Part shown: positions 54,901-64,000 of the stretch, in pieces
How positions within the stretch are numbered: position 1 is the first letter of the stretch
Layout of the letters: the number at the start of each line of letters is the position of its first letter
DNA from: Eledone cirrhosa
Taxonomy: Eukaryota
Direction of reading: 5' to 3'
Assembly: GCA_964016885.1 (NCBI GenBank)
Contig: OZ024755.1
Coordinates: 18,104,001 to 18,168,000 of the forward strand
DNA length: 64,000 nucleotides
Program-made: the position numbers and the translations under genes
Notes under the pieces: generated by a model
Database searches by the model: none
What the model was told of the DNA's origin: nothing
The model's input: only the letters and a program-made list of their open reading frames with translations

Positions 54901-57900
54901 AGATGAGTTCGCAAGTTCCGCATCGAGGGTCCCCCGCATTTCTTAACTTGCATTGCTTCATTATTAGACGTAAATGTTGCCTTGGTAAGCAGTTTCTTTA
55001 GGTTGGGTGCTTGGCGTCTACTATATATAATTTGTGCGTCTTTTATGAGTGCATTCATTTTGGGGGACTGCTGGAGAATCGGGAGATATTGTTTGGCGGC
55101 TTTTACGATGTTGAAGTTCCTTGGATTGTGAGTGATGACAAAAGGGATAACTGTTTTTTCCATTCTATTTTGTTGCTTTGTTTTCTCAGTGTTGTCACTG
55201 GGATGTTCTGGGCTTTGGAGATGGCTGTGTTGATGAGGTTCACCAGATATTCTTGTCTCTTAAGGAACTTTTTTAATTCATATAATCTTTTTTCCTGTAG
55301 TGTGGGGTGTCACTATGGTGCAGATGTGTCTTGCCATGTTAAAAGAAATGTTCCTTTTGGTATGTGATGGGTGTGCTGAACGGAAATTCAAGTATTGGTG
55401 TGTGTCTTGGTTTGTAAAATAAGTCCGTTTTGATATTTTCCCCTTTCTTAATGATAAGGATATCCAGAAACGGTAGTTCCTTTTTATTACATTCCATGGT
55501 GAATTTTATTTCTTCATGAAGATTGTTTATGATGGAATGGAATCTTTTAAGGTCTTCTTGGCTTCTATTCCAGAAGATGAAGCAGTCGTCTAGGTAGCGT
55601 TTCCAGTTGTGATTAATGTAGGTGGCGAAGTCATGACTGAATGTTTCCTGCAGTTTGGAATGTAATTTTGCCTCCAGGTGGCCCATAACGAGTGTTGCAT
55701 ATGTTGGGGCCACTTTGGTACCCATGGCCATTCCTATAGTTTGTTATCAAAAAGGAAGTGATTGTTCTCCAGTACTAGTTTGAGTCCTTCCAAAACAAAT
55801 TTTTTTTTGGAATCTCTCTGAAATGTAGTCTGGATGTTTTGTAATCCAGAAGAACAAGGTGCCTCCCACCAAATGAAAGGAAAAAAGAAAAAAACACCAC
55901 CCTTCAAGTGGCACCCAACAAAAATACTCCAAAGGAACCAAAAATAATCAACAAATCGGCAAAAAAACTAACACAACAGAAAATAAAATTGCTAGAAAAT
56001 GGACTGAAATTCACACACACTCCAAAAGCAGATCAAGCCGACTTTATAAAAGACACAGAAGATTTTTATCAAAAATTACGTCTAAGAGAATTCTTCCAGG
56101 AGGAATCACTAGTAAGAAACAAAAAGAACTTCAGGCCTCCATTAAATAGAGACAAACACTTGGAGGACTACATAACCTACCTCCGACGATCAGCACAGTC
56201 AATTACTGCAGAAACGAAACACAAACACAACAACCCTACAGACCAACTGCAAGCACTAAACAAACTACAAAAAGACTCCTCAATAATCATAAAAGAAGCA
56301 GACAAAGGTGGAGCAATCATCAACATGGACAAAAACCACTACAAGGATATGGTCCGAGAACAGCTGAATAACGAGGACTTTTACAGAAAAATCAGCAAAA
56401 ACGAAGAAAGAAAATCGATGATTAAAGTAGGCAAACTGACAACCAAGTTCCTTAACAACCGCACACTAAAGGAAATCAGTTACTTAACCAACTTCGAAAT
56501 GAAAACCAGCAACTTCTATGGTTTACCGAAGGTTCACAAATCCAGAGAAATCCAAAACAACATAAAAGGCAAAAATACATCATATGTTGAAGTACCAAAA
56601 TCGACAGATTTAAAATTATGCCCAATTGTTGCCAGTCCAGTCTCAAGCACCCAACGTCTACCACATGCAGTGAACACTTCGCAACAAGCGGAAAGGGAAA
56701 TTTCACAATTTTCCCCTTCTTTAAGATATGGTCGAACAACGAACACTTCCGAAAATATAAAGAAGAATTCTTTATTAGAAAATACAAACCACTACTGAAC
56801 ACAAAAAAGTGATATGCCATCTTCAAACAACAGGATTCTCCCCCTCTCTTTTCTTTAAATAAATCTCATATTGAAAAAGAAAAATAGTTGATGACACCCG
56901 TACTTTCAAACATTCGATCGTTGAAGAGAAGAAAAACCCTCAGAGGTACAATAACATTTCATTAATTTCCCCTTCCCCGCACCAATGTATATATGAACTT
57001 AAACACTTGAGTGGATGTGCGTATAGATATATGTATGTATAGATGTGTTTTTTTTATATATGTGTCTGAAGGTCTTCTGTATTATTGCGTGATGCCATAT
57101 ATATACATATATCACAGAAAAAAGAGAATCAGTGTTGCGACGAAAGGAATTTATTGGACATATTACAATTGTTTCTCGGGCGACCAGCTCGAGGCACGAT
57201 CGACATGGTGATCAAACCTGACTCTGAAATAGCGTGGTCCTCGGATACGTCTCGATTCTACAAAGCAGATTTTCCTCGTAGAACCGAGACGTATCCGAGG
57301 ACCACGCGATTTCAAAGTCAGGTTTGATCACCACATTGATCGTGGTGATCAAACCACAATCTCCTTACCAACAACCATCGTAGCTATCCCTCTCTCTCGT
57401 TTGTTTTTCTTTCTATCTCTCCCTCTCTTATCTCACTATGTCTTGCTCTTTCTCTCTCTATTTCCCTCTCTTTCTTTTTATCTCTTACTTTACACCAAAA
57501 ATAAGCTGCCTATTTTTATATATATTTAGAAAAATGACCAAGAAAAACATTATCTGCGACTTTCTGAAGCTCATAAAATCCAACAAAAACTCATTCAAAG
57601 ATTGCAGGAGAAAAGCAAGAAGATTTCCGCTCTGGAAGATGTTTGTGTTAAACAGGAGAAAGTCATTGAATGTCTTCAGGACAACATAGAAAGACAAGTT
57701 ACAACTACAAAGATTTGTATGACAATTTTTTTTTTATATCAATTGAATTAATCTGATTGGTTTATATTGAATTCTTAGCCACCACAAATACCAGCAGCTC
57801 CACCTCCGCCATCTCTACCTTCACCACCATCTCCATCACCATCACCTCCACTACCCCCACCACCATAACCAGTACTTCCACTTTCACCACATGCATCTCC

Positions 57901-59367
57901 ATCTCCATTGCAAGTACTCCCACCACCACCACCTCTGTGAACCCAGAGACACTATCTCAAAAGAAAAAAAAAAGAAAAAATAGGAAGGATTAGTCATACT
58001 TGGAATACATTTGATCATAGGAATGATTTTGTGGCAACTCAATGGCAAAGAACACTTTACCATTGAACTAGTTCAGTTAACTGTGAATACATTCACAGAG
58101 GGAATAGAGTTCAGATTAGGGACAAATGCTTTGTTAGTAACTCATGTTAGTGTGGAAAAATGGATATTAAACAATGATGATGATGATGAGTAACCATAAA
58201 TAACTCAATGTCGCACACAAAAGCTTATATCATGATATCCTTCTGTCAGGGTAACAATACTGTCAAACAGTCATATATATTATCATATATTATCATTGAT
58301 GTTTTATCTCTAACTCATGTTTATGATAAATTATAACTTTTAACATAATATATGGTCATGAATCTTGGGTAATGATCAAAAGGATATAATCGTGAATACA
58401 AGCAGCCAAAATGGAGAAAGGGGTTTCCTCTAAAGGGTCTTTGGATTAATGTTACTCGATAGAGTGTGTAGCTTGGCGATCAGAGTTTCACTCAAGGTAG
58501 AGTCACTACTACTTCTCCATGTGGTTAGAATGTCTCGGGGAAAGAATCGCTGGACAGATTTTAAGGGCAAAACCAACCGGCAGAAGACCCAGGGGTAGAC
58601 CCCGAGCAAGATGGTTGGATAACATCAATGAGCTTGGCTGGTTTTGTTTGGGGATCCAGCCTGATCTGTTGGGGACAGTTGCTTCTGACAGGATCCGTTG
58701 GAAAGCGTGTTTGAGGACTCTGTTTCGACGACCCTTTCAGGAAGGAGGAGAAGAAGAAGACTAATTCTTATATTCTATTATGCAGTTTACTTGCCAATTT
58801 TACTTTTATGACACATTATATACAATATTGTGTATTTTTGTTACATTTTTTTTTTTCCTGTCTTCTTTTTTCTCAGTGACCCTTCCATATAAACCACATT
58901 TCACACACATACCTGTCATTCTAAAAACAACTTGAAAAATATACAACAAAACAGGAAAAAAAAAAAAAAAAACTTTTTGAAATGTTTTCACATCAAGAAA
59001 ACTGTTTTCCTTTCTAACTTTGCATTATTATATATACAGGCATTGAGAAAGAGGGAGAGAAAAAATGTGTAAATGTATATAATTGTTTCTACTTTTGGTA
59101 AAAGGCCAGCAATTACCCAGTGCATTACTGGTACTTTATTTTATCGACCCCATAAGGATGAAAGGCAAAGTTAACCTCAGCGGGATTTGAACTCAGAATG
59201 GCAAGGGTCGTAACTCTATGCGTCAAAGCATAGCGTCCGACCCTCTACCGATACTGCCAATCCACCACCCTATAATGGTTTGAAGAAAGACTGGCTCCCT
59301 TTAGTGTAAGGGCTACAAATAGCTGCCACCTCAAACATATGATGATGATGATTATATATATATATAT

Positions 59368-59434
<67 letters not shown>

Positions 59435-60966
59435 TGTTAAATCCTGACTTTAGTGCCAAGTGATTTTGGCATTGATTTTACGCTTATCTATACCTACTCT
59501 GCATCTCCCCATGCATCGAATACTCCCATGATTAGTGGTCTCCTTGGTCTCAGCCCCGCAGACTATATATACATATAGTCCCAAACTCCCCTCTGGTTGA
59601 GTTAACCAAGCATGTGCAAACTGTTTTTTCTAGCAAATACAGTACCCGCTTATTGTCCATCTTTACTACTCTTCTGTGACCGCTGTATCACATGTTAATT
59701 TCTCCCTCTGCCTCTCCAGAATTTCTCACTTGTCATGAACGCGTCAAGAAACAGTCCTTTTTGGGAGTCTCTTGATAAGCCTTATCAATCACACAGTGCA
59801 TAAATTGCTGCAAATGGATTCGGCAAAACTGCAGTCAGGACTTGGATATATTTTTGTCCATTATTTTCTCATATTTTAAATTTTATATATATGTATATAT
59901 ATATATATATATATATGATGGCTGCTAACTCTGCTAAGTGTACTGCAATCATTTGTCAGATTATAGAGTTTGGTGCACTTTTAGGCTATAGCCAGTCACA
60001 CAAACCTGTTACATATCCTGAATAAGCAATGCCTGTGCTTTGAAGGTTTTTTTAAATGGAGAAAGGCCTTGCACTTGACCAATCACACTCTCTGAGCATC
60101 AAACCACTACCCGACAAGGAGAACTGGTCAACAACATCGGATGCTTCCGAAGTCGCAGGTTTTGTTTTTTTCAGAGTTTCCCTCTCCAAGAAAGGTGTTA
60201 TGACAACAACTGGGGGCCTTTCACTCCCAGGTGGAAAAAAAAAAAAAAAAAAAAAAAGTACTATTTGGATGGCCATTGACTGTCGAGTTCCTCCGTCCTT
60301 TGCCAGGTCTTGTATTTCATCCTGCAGGGTGTCCAAATATCACCCTCCTCACCAAGCAAGCTTGGTGGGGTTGCCGGTTTAGTCGCCGACGACCCGACTA
60401 TGAGACAGGTTGTACTGGGTTACATATTACCAGTAGCACTCGAGAGCGACCTGACATAAAATGGCCTTAAAATGTCTGATGTTATTATATATGTGTGTAT
60501 TTCAAGTGTTAAACTAATATATTTCTTCAATGTACTATGACATTTGCTTAGATTTCTGTTTACTTTTTATACACATACACACACACATATATATATATAC
60601 ATGCACATACATATATAAATATCATCATCATCATCATTTCATTTTACGTCCGCTTTTTCCCTGCTTGCAAGGGTGGGACGGGAACCGATTCTGGCTTGAT
60701 TTCTACAGCTGGATGCCCTTCCTAACACCAACCTCATTTACAGTGAGTGCTGGGGGCTTTTTTTGCCGTGGCACCTCCACGACCACTTTGCAGTGGAATG
60801 ATAGGGACCCTAGTCCCTATCATCTCATTTCTACAACTGAGTAAACTGGAGCAATGTGAAATAAAGTGTCTTGCTCAAGAACACAACACATCACCTGGTC
60901 TGAGAATTGAACTCACAGCCTTTCGATTGCAAGGCCAATGCTCTAACCACTAAGCCATATGCCTCC

Positions 60967-61045
<79 letters not shown>

Positions 61046-63924
61046 CTGTGTGTATCTTCTTTCCTCCATTGCAGGCAATGAAAACCTGCGGCAAAGCGGT
61101 TCGCTGAAGTTAAAAAATAAACAACTAGTTGAAGAATGTGATAAACTTCAGGTAGGTAAATAGTTTCTGTCCATTAATCCTCCTCCCACTTGTGACAAGA
61201 TGCAAGGAATGGGTGTGAGATAAGTTATTGGTCTACTGATAATGAATACAAACATTGCTATAGGCACAGGTATAACATATATACCATCTATATACCATCT
61301 CAACCATCTATGCCATTTATATACCATCTCTACCGTCTACCATTTCTATACCATCTCTATACCACCTCTACCATCACTATACCATCTCTATACCGTCTAT
61401 AACATCTCTATACCGTCTCTACCATCACTATACCATCTCTGCCATCACTATACCATCTCTATACCATTTATACCATCACTATGCCATTTCTAGACCATCT
61501 ATATGCCATCTATATACCATCTCTATACCATCTATACCATCCCTATACCATCTCTACGCCAGCTATACTATCTATATGCCATCTCTATCATCTCTATACC
61601 ATCTCTATATCATCTCTATACCATCTCTACCATCTCTATACCATCTCTATACCATCTCTATACCATCTCTATACCATCTCTATACCATCTCTATACCATC
61701 TCTACCATCTCTATACCATCTCTACCATCACTATATCATCTCTATACCATCTCTACCATCTCTACGCCAGCTATACTATCTATATGCCATCTCTATCATC
61801 TCTATACCATCTATATCATCTCTATACCATCTCTACCATCACTATATCATCTCTATACCATCTCTACCATCTCTATATCATCTCTATACCATCTCTACCA
61901 TCACTATATCATCTCTATACCATCTCTATCATCTCTATATCATCTCTATACCATCTCTACCATCACTATACCATCTCTACCATCACTATACCATCTCTAC
62001 CATCACTATACCATCTCTACCATCACTATATCATCTCTATACCATCTATATCATCTCTATACCATCTCTACCATCACTATATCATCTCTATACCATCTCT
62101 ACCATCACTATACCATCTCTATACCATCTCTACCATCACTATATCATCTCTATATCATCTCTATATCATCTCTACCATCACTATATCATCTCTATACCAT
62201 CTCTACCATCACTATACCATCTCTATACCATCTCTACCATCACTATATCATCTCTATACCATCTCTACCATCACTATACCATCTCTATACCATCTCTACC
62301 ATCACTATATCATCTCTATATCATCTCTATACCATCTCTACCATCACTATATCATCTCTATACCATCTCTACCATCACTATACCATCTCTACCATCACTA
62401 TACCATCTCTACCATCACTATATCATCTCTATACCATCTCTACCATCTCTATATCATCTCTATACCATCACTATACCATCTCTATACCATCTCTACCATC
62501 ACTATATCATCTCTATACCATCTCTACCATCTCTATATCATCTCTATACCATCACTATACCATCTCTACCATCACTATACCATCTCTACCATCTCTATAC
62601 CATCACTATACCATCTCTACCATCACTATACCATCTCTATACCATCTCTACCATCACTATACCATCTCTATACCATCTCTACCATCACTATATCATCTCT
62701 ACCATCACTATACCATCTCTACCATCACTATACCATCTCTATACCATCACTATATCATCTCTATACCATCACTATACCATCTCTATACCATCTCTATACC
62801 ATCCCTATATCATCTATACCATCTTCAGGATCAACTGAATCAAGAGATGTTAACGAAGTCTGCAGACCAAGAGAAATTTGAATTATATGACATTATAAAA
62901 GAAAATGAACTGAAGATTGCTGCCCTTGAGGAACAGGTAAATATCTATTTACATCTTACCTTTACCTTCTGATTCTTAATGAACTGAAGATTGCTGCCCT
63001 GTAGGAACAGGTAAATGCCTTTACTCTCCAATTCTTAGTTTTCTCCCCACAAACGTCTAACCCTCTCACACACATTCTCTCTCTCTCTCTCTCTCTCTCA
63101 TTCTCTCTTTCTTCTTTTGCTTTGCAGAAGAATTATTTCAACCATTTTTTTACTGTTTCTATGGTGGGAGGTACTTCCTAACAATAACCAATTTAGAGAG
63201 TTTATTGAATGCATTTTATCATGGCATAAGCACTAGTGGCCTCACATGTCATCTCTTAACATCCTGTAAGGATTTACAAGAAAATATTTTAAAAGGGTTT
63301 GTTAGTTCAAATGATTATAGTATCTATACCCACCTCTCACTGTAAAGTGGTCATGTAGGTGTCACAACAAAAAAAAAAGCACCCAGTCCACACTGTAAAG
63401 TGGTCATGTAAGCGCCACGGTAAAAAGCACCCAGTACTCACTGAAAATGAGGTTGGTGTTAGGAAGGGCATCCAGCTGTAGAAATCGAGCCAAAATCAGT
63501 TCCGTATGAGTAAGACTTGGTCATCTGACCTGGCATTGCCCACAACAGAACAACCCATCTAACCCATACTAGCGTGGAAGAATGGACGTAAAACAGTGAT
63601 GATGATGGACAAATCTATGTGAAAATTTGCAATATTACATAAAGTAAAGATTTTAGTTTTCAATGTGATGCAGTCTTAGTATTGTTTTCTACTTTTTAAG
63701 AATGTCTTGTTGGTGTGGTTTTATGTGGTACATGTATGCTAAGAATTAATTTGAAGGTATTGCTGGCTGGTCTTAGATTTTTCTTTGTGATTTTATTTTG
63801 CTAGATTGTTATCAACAGTGAGGAATGGAAGAACGAGAAAGCAGATCTCATAGTGGAACTCAATGAAGCAAAACATGGCTTTGTACGTGGTGTGGAGATG
63901 ACTCTACCATTGGTTATAGAAAAT
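49666..63924 (+). CDS. CCDC33: CCDC33-like coiled-coil protein, 7 visible exons (309 codons), continues past window end
   Basis: Exons 49666-49766, 51435-51679, 51783-51871, 57530-57716, 61075-61151, 62829-62936 and 63805-63924 splice in frame. Motifs YRQAVRRMGEDIL, QLQNEIIK|KNDQEK, KQEKVIE, EKFEL...IAALEEQ and WKNEKADL...KHGF recall, in order, the C-terminal half of vertebrate CCDC33 as I remember it. Confidence 0.82.
51435..51679 (+). CDS. CCDC33-like exon
   Basis: tatag acceptor, g|gtaagg donor; EELSHYRQAVRRMGEDILTL. Confidence 0.88.
51783..51871 (+). CDS. CCDC33-like exon (SLKLKMLSQTNELNNYKQKILQLQNEIIK)
   Basis: tttccttaaag acceptor, aag|gtaata donor, phase 1/0. Confidence 0.85.
52321..52386 (+). 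ncRNA. Minimal type I hammerhead ribozyme (Penelope-type)
   Basis: Stem I UAUUUUAU/AUAAAAUA (8 bp); CUGAUGA; bulged stem II AAG..ACCA/UGGU..CUU; GAAA; quasi-palindromic stem III AUAUGUAU; predicted cut after 52378. Confidence 0.7.
52466..53290 (+). mobile_element. CR1/L2/Jockey-group LINE RT fragment with internal deletion
   Basis: GPDG, NYRPVSLTS, QHGFRPGRSC, YLDFAKTFDKV, GVPQGTVLGP, YADDT; 22-bp internal duplication at 52811 and 52838. Confidence 0.88.
53295..54145 (+). mobile_element. Pyrimidine-rich Penelope-like 3' end / pseudo-LTR carrying the hammerhead, no ORF
   Basis: Internal duplication starting near 53300 and 53447; contains the HHR; ends in a CA/TA microsatellite. PLE assignment is inferred from the HHR. 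Confidence 0.5.
53986..54081 (+). ncRNA. Type I hammerhead ribozyme, U3:A8 core variant
   Basis: Stem I ACCCC/GGGGU; core UUGAUAA; stem II closed by G-C then CGGCUAUUU/AAAUAGCCG; GAAA; stem III ACGGC/GCCGU; GUC cleavage triplet (cut after 54076). Confidence 0.75.
54331..57072. mobile_element. Rearranged Penelope-like element (RT + GIY-YIG) bounded by ~410-bp inverted repeats
   Basis: Minus strand: GMAMGTKVAP, RYLDD, LPFLD, NLIYCATC..YYIGETG..R..H. Plus strand: GLKF, KEADKGG, FYGLPKVHK, PIVA. 54331-54740 is inverted relative to 56661-57072. Confidence 0.9.
57195..57344. repeat. ~150-bp near-perfect GC-rich hairpin (fold-back / MITE-like)
   Basis: TGGTGATCAAACCTGAC...CTCGATTCTAC pairs with GTAGAACCGAG...GTCAGGTTTGATCACCA around a 16-nt loop. 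Confidence 0.9.
57530..57716 (+). CDS. CCDC33-like exon (KNDQEKHYLRL...KQEKVIECLQ)
   Basis: atttag acceptor, t|gtatga donor, phase 0/1. Confidence 0.85.
60622..60968 (-). mobile_element. tRNA-head CORE-like SINE with RTE-derived tail; second full copy at ~8982-9319
   Basis: Minus strand: TGGCTTAGTGGTTAGAGC..GAGTTCAATTC, TTCTTGAGCAAGACACTT core, and a tail shared with the RTE 3' UTR at 16380-16550 ending (GAT)n. Confidence 0.85.
61075..61151 (+). CDS. CCDC33-like exon (NENLRQSGSLKLKNKQLVEECDKLQ)
   Basis: Pyrimidine tract and gcag acceptor, cag|gtaggt donor, phase 1/0. Confidence 0.82.
61275..62825. repeat. CTATACCATCT / CTACCATCA 9-11-bp satellite filling an intron
   Basis: Directly visible; the long ORFs here are repeat artefacts. 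Confidence 0.97.
62829..62936 (+). CDS. CCDC33-like exon (DQLNQEM...KIAALEEQ)
   Basis: cttcag acceptor, cag|gtaaat donor, 108 nt. Confidence 0.85.
63805..63924 (+). CDS. CCDC33-like exon (IVINSEEWKNEKADLIVELNEAKHGF...)
   Basis: ttttgctag acceptor, aat|gtgagt donor, 120 nt. Confidence 0.85.
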
Positions 63925-64000
63925 GTGAGTATTGTCAAGAAAATATCATCAAAACACGTTATATATAGAAACCTACTGTCAGTAGGCACCTCTTAACTCA

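Noticed and set aside
61481-62972. 420-489-aa ORFs in all three plus frames
   Set aside because: They are translations of a stop-free satellite; only 62829-62936 is a real exon

Overview
AT-rich, microsatellite- and transposon-dense animal genomic DNA, inferred to be a coleoid cephalopod (Octopus-like) from the repeat repertoire and gene style. Two spliced + strand genes can be built by hand with consistent GT-AG phases. (1) An SLC34/NaPi-II sodium-phosphate cotransporter: 7 exons at 1579-18192, 5' end upstream of the window. (2) A CCDC33-like coiled-coil gene: 7 exons at 49648-63924, continuing past the window and apparently lacking N-terminal C2 domains. The rest is RTE, CR1-like, CRE-like and Penelope retroelement remnants, two tRNA-derived SINE families, several MITE families and many minisatellites. 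The main unexplained signals are four. First, a set of hammerhead ribozyme motifs, including a U3:A8 covariant and a second one sense-strand in the same CCDC33-like intron. Second, a MITE with 8-bp TSDs that carries TTAGGG telomere-like repeats. Third, repeated tandem duplication of exon ends and splice sites. Fourth, a Penelope copy with twin-priming-like inverted architecture. All calls come from reading the sequence by eye; no searches or folding programs were run.
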